A stretch of DNA of 63,656 bases, counting the filler, from Reticulomyxa filosa (lineage: Eukaryota > Protista > Foraminifera): NCBI GenBank assembly GCA_000512085.1. It is 16 parts of 16 records of this genome, joined end to end, with 100 filler letters (N's around TTAATTAATTAA, not from the genome) between each part and the next. Parts side by side here need not be neighbours in the genome. Positions count along the whole stretch, not along the records: positions 21,778 to 33,875 come from ASPP01023485.1; positions 33,976 to 35,868 come from ASPP01013875.1; 14 more parts are not named here. One strand, written 5' to 3'. Both the position numbers and the translations under genes were made by a program. Below are positions 22,022 through 35,493 of the stretch, one piece after another (within the stretch, counting starts at the first letter, position 1; the number at the start of each line of letters is the position of its first letter). Below the pieces are notes generated by a model. That model saw only the letters and a program-made list of their open reading frames with translations. It was not told where the DNA came from and did no database searches.

Positions 22022-25000
22022 ATGTCCTCTCGTCCTCCATCAAAGAAGCGTTTTGCTAAACCTAGAACAAACGAAAAGTCGGGCAATGTGACTCGACAGA
22101 AAAGAAAGGGAGATGCAAGATTTGAAGAGGTGTTTACAAACCCAGCATTTCGACCTTTTCCAAAAAAGCAAAAAGCGCCAGACAAAATCAAAGCAGATGA
22201 GCGATTTACAGAAATGTTTACCAACCCTGCCTTTCAAGCCAGCTGTTGAGTGTGTGCGAAAAGAGGCAAGAAAAGTCCAATGAATATGTGTTGATATGCA
22301 CATTGAGGGAATAATATACGAAACAAAATCCATTAGACAGAATCGATCGCTATGGCCACGAGGTTGCCGATGACCACGACACAGAGTTGAAGCGATTTTA
22401 CGAAATGAATAACGACAACAATAAGGAACAAGGTGAAGAAGTTGAAAACTCGAAATTGAATTTAAAATCGAAATCAAAATCGAAATCAGAATCAAAATCA
22501 AAAGCAAAGCCAAAAGGGCAAAAAGATAACAATAATGACAAAAAAAGAACATTGACTCCAGCACAACAAGAGATACTCGATGAAATGCACAAAGACGGCA
22601 AAGAAATAGGCTCCGACGACGAATTTTGGAACTTTTGGGACAAGAAAGAGAAGGACAAGGAAAAGGCGGACGACGGAGATGAAGAAGCGAGCAGCGAAAA
22701 TGCGGACATGGACCCTCTGACGGAAGAGCGGCCTTCTGGACAAATGTTCGATTACGACGCCGAAACGACGAGCTCGAGTGAGAACGACGATGGAAAAGGC
22801 GACGAATACACTCCTTACGAAATCGGCGAAGACATGCGCAATATATTGGATTGGAGCGACAAAGGCCAAAGTTCAAAGACACGCGAATCAGATCCCACGC
22901 GCCGATTAGCCATTGTCAATTTGGACTGGGAAAATGTCCGCGCCGTCGACCTGTTCATGATCTTTCGCTCGTTCCTTCCCGTCGATGGCACTATCGTGTC
23001 TGTTAGTATCCATCCCAGTGAATACGGATATGCGCAGATGGTCAAAGTTGCGCTTTTTTTTTTTTTTAAAAAAAAAAAATTGCTTTTTATGTATGCAATG
23101 CATGTGCGCTTGGCTTTATTATAACTGTTAGGAGGAAAAGTTTGGACCCGACCCCGAGTTGTGGCTCGAAAGAAAAAACCCAACAGAAAATGGACAAAGT
23201 GAAAGTCAGAAGGAAGATAACGACGACAAATCCGAGGACGCCAATGGCGATGCGGAACACAATAGTGACAAAGAGGCGTCGCCCGAAATGGTGAAAATGC
23301 AACAAGAAATGGCCGAGTTGGAAGAGGTCGAAACACGATTGAACGAGTTGCAAAACAGCAAAATGGGGGATGTTTTGGCCGATGAAAAAAGAGACGCCTA
23401 TGACAAACAGGCTTTACGAAAATATGAATTGCAAAGACTCAGATATTATTATGCGGTATGTTCGAATCCCAACATAAAAGCACCCACTTTAAAAAAAAAA
23501 AATTGTGTTTTGCTTGGGGAAAAAAAGGTGGCCGAATTTGACAGCAAAGAGACAGCTGATCACATATACCAAGAATGCGATGGCCGAGAGTTCCGATTCA
23601 CAGCCAATTTATTGGACTTGAGGTTCGTTGCTGAAGATTTCGTCCCGCCATGTAATCGAGTTTTGTTCATACACACATAATTGAAATGGAGGACGCCGTT
23701 TTGTTTTTCAGACATAACTTGTCAATCCATCGCGAGACTCTTTGTTTGGATAAATACATATACATATACATATATGTATATGTATATGTATATGTATATA
23801 TGTGTAGACAATTCGATCGACACTTGTACGGAAGCTCCTGAAAAATACACACCGGCAAGCGATCGGGCTACAAAGTGCTTAGGGTCCACTTTTGTTGATT
23901 TGACATGGGACAAAACGGATCCAAACCGAGTCGAAATCGCAAAAAAGGCGTTTACAAGCGATGAGCTCTTGAAAATGGATTTGGATGCTTATTTAGAAAC
24001 AGATGGAGATATCACCGACGCTGGGCTCGAAACGGATTTCCCAGTGACGGAATATGACACAGATACGCCAGACAAAAAAGTCAAAGTGAAACGACGCGCT
24101 CGTGCACGTTATCAAGATATATTGAGTGAATTAAAAGAAAAAATTGAAACCGTCAAAGGTATTACAGACGATGAACAGTCGGAAGCGAATGAAAATGAAG
24201 ACGCACAAGAAGGAGACGAAGAAGAAGAAGGGAAAAAAAGCTCTGGTGATACAAGCGTCCCAGAAGAAGTGGCAAAATTAGATGAATGGATTGCAAAACA
24301 GAAAGACTACAAACAAAAAGAGATGATGACAATACATGAAAAGAATCCAAACAAAAAAAGATCACTCTCTGAAATGCAAGAAGATGGAGATGAAGACGAA
24401 GACGAAGACAAAGATGAAAATGAAGATGATGAAAATGTAGAAAACGATAAAAATGCGGAAGACGACGAAATCGTATCTGTGATGACGTTATCTGATGAAT
24501 GCGATGATTTAGATCACTACAAAGATGAAGATGACTCCGAACCTTTGATCTCAGATGACGAACTACCACCTGAAGTGACCAAAGACCCTTATTTCCAAGA
24601 GGAAAGCGATCAAGAACAAAAGGATTCACATCCACGAAAGCGTAGAAAATTGAACAAAGACAAAACTGAAGAGGAAGATACGGAAAAAGCAAAGAGAGAA
24701 ATGCGAGCAAAGTTGGAAATGCTCATGATGGACAATCAAAAAGATCCTGAAGATCTGGAATATGACACCAAGGAATTGGAAGAAAAATTCAACAGTTTAG
24801 AAAATAGTGTTCACTTGGCCAAAATTAATAAATTATACTCGCAAATTATTCAAATAATACAGGCCGCTTGAAGAAAGATTGGAGGCTACGCAAAATGATT
24901 AAAAAAGCAGTCAAGCGAAAAGTTGAAGAAATGGATAACTTTGAATATGATGACAAAGACAACCGCTTTGGGGCACTGTATGAAGATCCAGACTTTGCTC

Positions 25001-25251
25001 TAGATCCCACTAATCCAAACTTTCGTCGCACTCGAACCATGGATACAATTTTGGAAAAAACACGAGAAAAGCGTGGAGAAAATCTTCGTTTACGTGAGAA
25101 AGCAGGCAAACCAGAAGACCAAGATACAGATAAATTGATACAAACCCTTAAAGAAAAAACAGAACCCTTGTCAGTACTGGAAGACGGAAATTCTAAAAGG
25201 GAGAAGATTTCTGAAGAGCTAAAAAACAAAGGTTTAGTACACTTTCAATAA
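22022..25251 (+). CDS. ESF1: Pre-rRNA-processing protein ESF1 (NUC153 domain), multi-exon
   Basis: DERFTEMF..PAF; TRRLAIVNLDWENVRAVDLF..SVSIHPSEYG; LRKYELQRLRYYYA; IYQECDG..LDLRF; VDLTWD; C-terminal DNRFGALYEDPDFALDPTNPNFRRT; acidic tracts. Confidence 0.93.
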
Positions 25252-25594
25252 TCAATTTGAAAGAGGAAGGGGAGGGTAATATTGTTTTATTCTGAATGAT
25301 TGAATTTAAAAATAACTTATTGTGCCATGTATGGTACTCTGTCTGTGCTTTCTTAAATTCTGTTCTCTCATAGTCGATTATTTGCAATAAAAATATATAA
25401 ATTTTTTGCATGCGGTGGGATTTGAACAAAATAGTAAAATTTTGAATTGAATTTTGTTTCCAAGAAAATAAGATCAGAAATATTGAAATTCATTCCAAAA
25501 AAAAGCATGTTTGCGCGAAACATAAAAAAGACACAACAAAAACTCCAATACCCAAAATTAAAAAACGTTGCTCACTTTAGTTTTATCAGATCTA

Positions 25595-28500
25595 TTAATT
25601 AATTGCACGCCACAAATCTCCAAGGAGCCCACCACTGCTGGTTGGGAATGCTCTTGCAAAAACCAAGGAAATAATGGCCATCAATTTCATCACAATGTTC
25701 AATGAAGGACCACTGGTGTCCTGTAAAAATGTTTGTGTTATAGTTGTATAAAAAAATTGTAACAAAGGACATACAAAAACCAAACTTTTAAAGGATCACC
25801 AACAGTGTCTCCAACCACAGCTGCTTTGTGAGCCTCCGATCCTTTGCCGCCCAATTCACCCAATCCCTTTTCAATGTATTTCTTTGCATTGTCCCACGCT
25901 CCACCCGTGTTGGATGCTGACACGGCCATTTGGACACCTGAAACAAGTGCTCCTGCCAACACTCCAGCCAGAGCTTGCACTCCGAAGAAAAATCCAACAA
26001 TCAAAGGAGTAAGCAAAATCAAAGCACCTGGAGCAAACATTTCCTTCAAAGATGCATCGGTTGAAATACGAACACACTGTTCATAATCAGGATCAGATGT
26101 TCCTTCCATGATTCCAGGATTTTCATGGAATTGACGACGTACCTCTTGTACCATGGCAAATGCAGCTTTACCGACTGATTTCATGGTCATGGCACTGAAC
26201 CAGTATGGGATCATAGCCCCAACTAATAATCCAGCAAATGGAAAAGCTTGCAAAATATCCACACTTGGTAAAGCGTGTTTGTTTCTGTTTTGAATGACGG
26301 TGACAAAACCGCTGAACAGAGCCAATGACACGAAAGATGCACTTCCAATGGCAAAGCCTTTGCCAATAGCGGCAGTGGTGTTGCCTGCTGCATCTAATGA
26401 ATCAGTCAATTCTCGTGTTTCTTTACCCATATTGCACATTTCAGCAATACCTCCAGCATTATCACTGATAGGACCAAAGGCATCGATAGTCAAACCAATT
26501 GACAGTGTTGATAATATTCCCAATGCTGCCATTGATATGCCGTAATAGCCAGCCAATTCATGCGACAAAAACGCAGCAAATGCCAAAGCCAAGACAGGGA
26601 TGATTGCCGATTTGTATCCCTTAAAACCAAATTATCCCCAAACAAAGTCTTTTAAAAATTTGGTTGTTAATAAAGTTTTTGACAAACGGAGGATACTAGA
26701 CATACCAAAGCTAAACCCATGATAATATTAGTTGCTGCACCAGTTCTGCAAGCCTCTGCTACCTCATGTACAGGCGCATTTTGGTTTGAGGTGAAGTATT
26801 CAGTAATGTACCCTATGGCAAGACCTGCCCACAATCCCGAGGCTAGGCATATGAAAACGGACCAATTGTGTGCTTTTTTGCCTTTGACATAGTTAAGATC
26901 ATTGTTTGTAACATATCGACCCTCGTAAATTGGGTCCGAAGGTAAACACAGATAGCACAATCCCAATAACGTTGGTGTCATTAAAATAGTGGATACCAAT
27001 AATTGTTGCTATTTTTGCACGTACAAATTTCTTTCTGTTATCAAAATAAATTTTTTTTAAAAAAAATTAACTTTCAAAGTGGATTCAATTTTTTCAGCTT
27101 TATCTGCAGGAAAGATATGAGTCGCCAAAAAGGAAGTTAAGAAACACACTAAAATACCGACAGCTGAAACCACTAAAGGAAACGAAACGTAGCCCCAATC
27201 TTGCCAGATATAAGATACAGAAACCAATGTTCCGTTTACGTCATCTTGAACTTGATTTGTTTGAGATGCAATAACCAATGCGGCGCATGAAGCTTCTGCA
27301 AAACTTCCGAACAAGTCTATTCATTTTGACAGCAAAAAGTTTCATTTTGTCTTCACACGCTTCAAATAAACAAGTTGTTACCTGCTCCCATTCCGGCAAT
27401 GTCACCGACATTGTCACCGACGTTATCAGCAACCACAGCTACAATTTTTTAAAAATTAATTATTTCAACAAGACAGCTGAAAAAATTTTACGACAAAAAA
27501 ACCTGGATTTCTTGGGTCATCTTCAGGGATGCCTTTTTCTACTTTGCCTACCAAATCTGCACCGACATCAGCTGCTTTGGTGTAAATACCACCACCCACT
27601 CGTCCAAACAAAGCAATAAATGAGCCACCCAAACCGTAGCCAGCAATGGCTTCAAACATTGCGCTTGTTTTGCCTCCATTTGAAAATGCATCACTGTAAT
27701 AGGAGTATTGATAAATGATGCACAAAATGTATAAGTTGAAGAGTCCAAATCCACACAAACAAAATCCCTATTGCATCAATCAAACAATCATGGATAAGTT
27801 TCCGTGTTTAAAGAGAGGCCTAATTACAAAGAGCACAAACCATGACAATTGCTGCTTTGACACTTGTTTTAAATCCTTCACTCAACGATTCTTGGCATTT
27901 GACTCTATTGTACCAAATCCATCGCTTACATTACCAATCAGGGATTGAGGATTGAGGTAGAGGATAAGGAGAAAAAAATGTAGTAAAAAAAAAAACGTAC
28001 GCTGTTCTAGCATTTGCAAAGACGCCAATTTTCATTCCAACGTAGCCGGACAAGACTATTTTGATTTGCATGTTTTGATTAATTGAATACAAGAGAGGTC
28101 AAGAAAAATAAAAAACAAAATACTTGATGTTGCAGCACCAACAATAAAGGCAATAACAGTGAATGCTGCATCACTCCAGTCATCCACAGCTCCTAATAAT
28201 ATCAAAATCACGAGCGAGAATATTCCCACAAATATTGAAACAAAGCGATATTCTTCATGTAAAAATGCGTGGGCTCCTTTGTTTATTGCATTATACACTT
28301 GCCTATTTTATCACAAACAATTTTTACACCACGGGATTTCGTCTTTTAAAGGACCTTGTGTAAAAAATTGATCCTTTACAAAATGAGTTCTTTTTTTTTG
28401 GGTGAAACACACCAAATTTTTTTTGCTTGGGTACTATCTCCATCTGAATTTATCAATCCTGCAGATGCGCTGTCCTTTCTGTTTTAACAAAAAAAGACGA

Positions 28501-28805
28501 AACAATGCAAATTGGCTGTTTTTGTTTTTGCGACTTTTCGCATTCGCGTCTCCTTTGTTTTCAAAGATGATTGAAACCGAAATGATTTCTTGGTACAAAG
28601 TTTAACTGTCGTTGAGGATCTATCTCGACACGGGCAGTTTGGAGATAATAAATGAAAGAGAACACCCAGGCCAATACTGGGGCAAACACACACAAAATTG
28701 CGGTCAAACTCCCATTTCGAATGAATTCGCTTGGCCTGTTTTTATTTTAATGTTCACAATTTTGAAACTGACAAGAACATGAGCTCTCTCAAATTGACTT
28801 AACAT
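25595..28805 (-). CDS. Membrane H+-translocating pyrophosphatase (vacuolar type I, K+-dependent), multi-exon; start inferred
   Basis: [27 protein letters not shown]; [21 protein letters not shown]; TEYFTS; [16 protein letters not shown]; [17 protein letters not shown] (Ala at the K+-dependence position); [12 protein letters not shown]; [17 protein letters not shown]. Confidence 0.95.
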
Positions 28806-29481
28806 TTGAAAGGGTGATAGGCAGTGCCAATTATTGAACAGCTAAAATGAACAACTAATAGATATAATCGGGTCGAACGTGGGGATTTTCGTAGAAATTT
28901 CCAGGAGTTTGAGCAAGTGCTTTCTTTACGGACGGTTGTTTTTTTGCTGTCGAAAAAAATGTTGATATTGAAATATAAATTAACAAATTTCCAAAAAATT
29001 ACAGTAAAATTTAATGAAAATACAAGGTTTATGTATTTTTAATTGAATCTTCTACATGCTACGTCTGATTTGTGCCACCAACACGAGAAATAAAACTGTA
29101 GGAACAGTGAGTGCAGCAAAGTGTAATACGAAGGAATTTTGCTCTGAAACGAATTAATTAACTAAAGAGAGGCCACAGAAGACAACAACAAAAATAAGAA
29201 GAAGTGCTGTTTGTTGAGGAGTTTGGCCCACTGGAGGTTTCACAGTTCCTTGCCCAACAAAATTAAGCAAAAAAATTAAACAAGAATATTTGTTTCTAGT
29301 TAAATTATAATTGTTTTTTTCCACGAATATCTGGTATATTTAAACTGTAATCCGCAATATTTGTCAACAAGTAAAACAAATGCGAAAATGAATTATTATG
29401 AAAAGACGGACGATAAGCAAGTGCCACGTTTTGAAGGGGTCACAAACCTTGCGGGCACTAATAATTTTAAGAGGATGAGCA

Positions 29482-31470
29482 ATGAAGACGAGCATATTGA
29501 TAATTGTAACTTGTAGTATCTTGTCGCACTTTTGTTTTTTTCTGGTGGATGGACAGCAAAGTATGTTTGTTTTGTGCAATGATATGTTGACGGAAAGTGC
29601 TGCAAGAGAAAACGCAATGTTGAACACAATAGATACATCGACGACAACGACGACGAAAGCAGCAGGCCAAACGTCATATTGCGTATCTCCCTTAGTTTTT
29701 TCAAAATATCAGCCTAATCCAATTTCGGATTCAGAAAGTTGTGTGATCAAAAGCAAAAGTCGTTTTATGAAAGTTTTTTTTCCTTGGAAAGGAAGATGAT
29801 AAATTGTATGATACACGAGCAACAAACACGCAATAAAACAAAGGTGGGAGTAGTGAAATTTCGCTAAAAGACTGTGGGCTGAAATGTGAAAAAGGAGCAA
29901 TGGTGTATGGTCTTACAAATGAGGAGCAAAGATTGGTGGATGGATTTAAAATTGGTGGAACTGTTGGCATAGTTGTCGTGTTGCTGTTTTTGCTGATCAA
30001 TCAAATGTTCGATCAAGCACAGTCGCACGAATCGTTCTGGTCGAAGCCGTTGATCTACCATATACCCTATTTTATTTCCGCTTCTGTCTTTCTCGTGTTA
30101 CGTTGTGTATTTCAATGTTCTATTTCAATGTGTTGCATCGAAACATATGACCTGTTGCACTTGTTGCTCGCGTTATAGTGTGCTGTTGATGACACTCGGA
30201 GAAGTTACAGGCAAGGCTGCCATCGTTTGTAACAAAGACGATAACTCATTTTCATGTTAAGAAAAAAGAGGCAAGCAAAGTGATAACACGACAACAATAA
30301 AAAAAAATGCACAATATAGTTTGGAATCCAGGAATTGGCAAAAATGCAGGGTGTACAGCACATGCCTTCTTTTTTTATGGCGCGTTGATGACATATTATT
30401 GGTACACCGTGTTATTGGGATTCGCAATATTTCGCCAGTTTTACAACCCTTTGAACCCGTTTTGGAATATTCCCAAATGGGTGTGGCATGGTAGTGTCTT
30501 TGTTATCGTGTTGACATTGGAGATCGCCGGACTGTCAACACACTCCATTGATGGCATTTGGCCAATGGGCGTGTGTTTGCCAGGTTTGATTTTATTTATT
30601 TATTTATTTGTTTGTGTTTTGATAGTTTTGTGAAACATCCATTGTTGTCTCCTTCGACAAAACACAGGTCCTTCAGATAGTTCGATGCTAATGGCGTTCA
30701 TGGTGCTTCCAACGACAATTGGAACATTCCTTCTTTTCGTGCTTCTTGTGGGCTGCTTGTATTTGATGAATCAGAACATCAAAAATCAAAAGCGAGTCAC
30801 CAATGCCGGCATAACTGCGCAAGTCGAAGACTTGGCAAGGCGTATGGTGTGGTATACTATTGGCGTGTTGTTGACAATGCTGCTGCTAACAATTACCTCG
30901 TGGGTGTTTTGGACCAAACACTCTGCTTTGCGCACTTCAATGAATGAACAAATTCAATGCCAACTGACCAATCAATATTTGACAGAACAATTCGGCACCG
31001 CCTATCAATCCCAACCATGCACACGCTCCGAGTCCTTGCATCCGTTTTGGTTCATTTCCTGGGTCATCTCTTGTGCTTCTGCCGTCTCGGCACAGCTTGC
31101 TCTTTCCTGTCACTCAAAAAATCGAACACGATTGCGAACTGTCACTCAAAGATTACTCATTCACAACAAATCTCTTGGATCCTCTCGTCAGTACACTTTC
31201 TTTTAATTCTCATTTTTTTTTAGCAACTGCCCCTATTCACTGTTTGTTTGATTGTTTGTAGAAAATATTGTCGTCAAAGACGACGCACAAATTAACACAT
31301 CAAATTCCAGCACTCCGCCCCAAATCGAAATAAATAAAGTGAACACGCAATCCCAAAACGAAAGCAATAAGGCAGAACAAGGCTCCGAACAAACCAAAAC
31401 TGATGGTATCTCTCTAGGCACTCAAACATCTGACACGCAAGCCATTTCTCAAAGCAGCTCAGATAATTGA
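29482..31470 (+). CDS. Frizzled/Smoothened-type (class F-like) 7TM receptor lacking a cysteine-rich domain
   Basis: Signal peptide; hinge YCVSPLV..CGLKC; TM1-TM7; ECL1 IVCNKD; TM3 GCTAHAFFFY..YYWY; ECL2 IDGIWPMGVCLPG; TM5 FMVLP; ICL3 DLARRM; ECL3 Cys pair QIQC..QPC..HP. Confidence 0.7.
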
Positions 31471-33169
31471 TTAGCTATTCTTGCCTGTGAACAATTACGC
31501 AGCAAAATAAACTCTTGGATTTGCAAAACCATTTTCCTGAAATTTTTTTTGTGAGCACAATTGATTGATTTGGAGTTGTTTTTTTTGCCTTGTTGTGGAG
31601 GTATGTCTTCGATGCTCATCTTGTACAATATGTCATACAATTACAAACGACAATGCATGTATCATAACACTAAACTAAAAACATTTTCGCAATTACACAT
31701 TATTTTCATAAATTAAAGATATGTTGAAACGATATTAAGAAAGTAATTTTTATCAAAAAGAATTTGAAAGATATAGAAATTATTAAAAGAAAGTGACAAA
31801 TGAAAATCAAATATCAACAAATTCAAGCACAACAAATTTTGTCGAACAAATTGGATAAAAAATCAATCGAATAAGTATAACGAAAAATTACATATTAACA
31901 CAAAACAACAATTAAAACAAACTAACTAGAACTGAATTGATTCGACAGTTGATGAACTTACTTTAGTTATATAATTGTCAAATATACTAACACGTTCAAT
32001 TAACAATTTTCTGATCAAGAAGAAACAAGATATATTGAATAAGAATAATTAACTAGTTTAGCATATTCTAAAATAATATCGATTTATATTTGAAAGCAAT
32101 ACTGCAAGAAGTTTAATTATATTTATATAATATGTAAATGCATTATGTTTAAACAAGTAGATAAATAGAACAAAAAATTATTATATAAATACAAATATAT
32201 TATAATATTGACAAAATAAATAATAATTGTTATTTGAAATCAATTTTAGCGTTATTAAAAAAATAAATTGTACATAAATATATAATAATACTAAATATGA
32301 TAAAAGAATTATATTAAAATGTTAAATAAATATAGTATATATAATGATCTTTTTATGTAGCTGTCATTATGACAAATATATATATACATCAATGAAATGC
32401 AATTGACTTAAGCAACAACTTGGAGTATTTTTACGCAATAAATACAAATTTGAAATTTAATTATAACTAGATAGAATCACCACAAGAAACAAACTTTTTA
32501 TAATAAAATAAATAAAATTTGCATTTGAAAAATGTATTAGTTTTGTTGAAAATGAATATCTGTTTAATCTTAATAATTATATTGCGACATCCAAGAAATA
32601 TAATGATTCTAAAATTTATAATTGTACGATTCGTTGTTTGGATTAGTATTATGTCTTAATAAATATATAGGAGTAGCAAGTGATGTATCAGCTTTACCTT
32701 TTGAAGCGTTGCGAGTGAATGCATATCATGTAATATGTATTTATATTTTTAATAAAAATAAAAAATATTTGTAAATGGTACAAATAACGTGAAAATATTA
32801 TGCAACGGAGAACATTTATGTGATTTTCTGACCTTATCAGTAAAAAAAGCAGAATATTTAACAGTAATGATAAATAATGGGAATACAGTAGATATATCGA
32901 TATTGCAATGAATTTTGGACAATAAATATTAATAACACTCAAAACGCATCCTTAAAATGCAATGATGCCAGAGTATATTATTCTATTTCTCTTATTATGA
33001 TCCATTTTAATTATTGATATAATATGACCTTCCTGTTTCACTGTATAAATTTCAGAATTGTTGATCGTTGATCTTTTTGTTCTCCGAAACAATCACTTGG
33101 GAGATTCTTCTTGCAAAATACGCATCGATATCGACTTAGACTATTCTTGTGTCAACACTTTAATGCTGC

Positions 33170-33700
33170 ATGTTTTTTTTTTCTTGGGCATTCTTTTGCA
33201 ATGTGGTTCAATTTGAAGCAATTTTGACATTGCGTGAAATAGGACTTGGGTCTTGATTTGTCTTTGTCGAGTAAAAAAAATATCGTGGCATTGTATGTCT
33301 TGGGATATCAATCCCTTCGCAAATTTAATGTCTATTCCATTACCATGTAAAAAGAGGATTTAATCAATGATTACTCAGGAATGCTGCTGATCTATGTTGT
33401 TGAATCACATCTGGTTGCAATTGATGAGCTTTTTTGCGAGCATTATTTGTAACAAGATCCACTCAATCAATAATTGGCAATTTATAAATTCAGAATCCCA
33501 TTTGTTAAATATCGAATTAATCACGAACTTGCAATCAGTGAGAATAATCACTCTTCCACAATGTGATCTATAATGATTACTAACATATTCAAATGCAAGT
33601 CTCATTGCTTCGATCTATGATCCAATGTTTGTTGGACAAAATACCCAACATGGAATTGGTTCAAGCATCCGATCTAATGGTAGGGCGGACATGTTAAATA
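33170..33700 (-). mobile_element. Degenerate retroelement fragments: RNase H domain plus a gag-type CCHC zinc knuckle
   Basis: TNIGS*IEAMRLAFEY..VIILTDCKFVINSI (RNase H E and D motifs), then VDLVTNNARKKA..LNPLFTW*WNRH. Further downstream TQCQNCFKLNHIAKECP (CX2CX4HX4C) at ~33185-33235. Stops and frameshifts throughout. Confidence 0.65.
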
Positions 33701-33975
33701 CACTTCCGAACATGTCTGACACTAGTGAACTATCAAATGCCGGTATGCATGGTGGCATGGATATGGAGTTGTATTTATATGCATGATACCAGAAATAAGC
33801 AACGACAATCAAAAATGACGTTAAATAAAAACATGGACGTCGACACAAATGGCACAAGGCGAATAGACATAAAACNNNNNNNNNNNNNNNNNNNNNNNNN
33901 NNNNNNNNNNNNNNNNNNNTTAATTAATTAANNNNNNNNNNNNNNNNNNNNNNNNNNNNNNNNNNNNNNNNNNNN

Positions 33976-34347
33976 CGTCTTCTGTCATCTGTTAGTTCCC
34001 CACAAAGTATTATCGTGCGCGTTATGGCATCCACAATTATTACTTCACACTTTTTTGAAAAAAAAAAAAAAAAAAAAAGGTTGAAAGGATAACACGATCG
34101 TTACGAATTAACAAGGGAAAAAAAAAAAATTAAATCTTAAAACATGGAATAAAAAACAAAAGGAAGGCGTTTTCATAGACGTAACATGACTACGTAATTG
34201 CGGATCATTTTGCAAGTTCTGGTCGCTAAAGTACGCCTCAATTTGATGTCTCAATTGTTCGATGAGTGCGTTTTTGTCCGCTGAAGTGTTGTTGTTTTCA
34301 TTGTCGCTTCGATCACGCGACTTACGCTGAGTCTCTGTGCTCGTCAT
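33976..34347 (-). CDS. 5' part of a La-motif (LARP family) RNA-binding protein; truncated by contig end
   Basis: LIEQLRHQIEAYFSDQNLQNDPQLRSH, an intron, then VIIVDAITRTIILCGELTDD, fitting the La winged-helix consensus QIEYYFSD.NL..D.FL...LT.D. Confidence 0.75.
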
Positions 34348-35493
34348 AACTCAACAAATTTTGTATAAAAAGAAATTGACAGCACTACTAAAAAAGCTGA
34401 GAATTGGTGGACGTATGAAAGTCTTTTTAAATTTTTGTTGCAAGATTTTTTTTACACCCGCTCAGTTTTACGTGAAAACTACGTCTCACTTGCAGCTTTC
34501 TGAAACAACATTTGTTTAATTACTTTTATTTTCATGCAAAATAAAAGTAAATAAAACGAAATTTAGTAAATGCGTTTTGTAAAAAACTTGCATTTTATTG
34601 AATTTATTTTACACTGGATATTTTATAAGTAAGGGCTTTCACCACGATTTTAATGAGTTTACTGGAGTAGATACAATCTTGATATTATCAATAATACAGC
34701 ACCTTAATGGTACGGTGCCTTTTAAAATAATTACGTAACTGCTAATCTTTTTATAAATTATGAGTTTTAATTAAAGTTTGACAACACTTTTGTTGAAAGG
34801 ATTCCTTTTAATTAATTTTGCAAAATGAAATAGTTATTTAATGTTACAATGCGGTTTTATATGTATACAAATGGTAGCAGTTTAAACCTAAAAAATTTAC
34901 TAGTTTGCAAAATCTTAGCAAACTAGGAGACCCCGCTGTTAGCTCAAAAAAATTGAAATTACAAAACCGAGATATCCACGATAATGTTTATCTAACCAAG
35001 CTGTTAAAAAAGCAATCTTTTGATTATTTCTGAAGAAAAACTTGTTTTGGATTTGTAAAAATTTTTTTCAGTAAAACCAGCAGTTGTTTTTCCGACTTGT
35101 TTCACAATAAATGACGTAACTTGATCACTCATACAGCTGCGTTCAATTTGTCATTTTGTTTTCAGTCCAAGCCAACAAGCAAACAACATTTCTGAATAAA
35201 TGAAAATGGTTCTGAATTTTTTACAGGCTTTTCCACCACTCAATTATCTTAAATTTAGTTTAACACTAAATTTCAAATAATTTAACTACTTTTACCGAAC
35301 ATTTTCTTTTTTCTATTTTTTTGTAGGAACACAGCTTTTAGAGTGGGCCAATCCAAAGCCGTAACTACAATGTCCGAAGATTAAAAAAAAAATATTCAAC
35401 TAAAATAAAAAAAAAGCCAGCGTAGCAATACTTGTCGCACATTTTTCCAAACCATTCTTTTTTTGCAGTACTTCTTTCTAGAAAGTAACAAAG

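Noticed and set aside
23667-23913. ORFs with YTYTY/YMYMY/IYIY repeats (also at 37576-38023 and 58130-58525)
   Set aside because: They are translations of intronic TA-rich microsatellites, not protein.
22040-24710. Long antisense ORFs over ESF1 (and similar ones over PI3K, the PPase and the P4-ATPase)
   Set aside because: These are shadow frames of low-complexity or biased sense coding sequence; no independent motifs.
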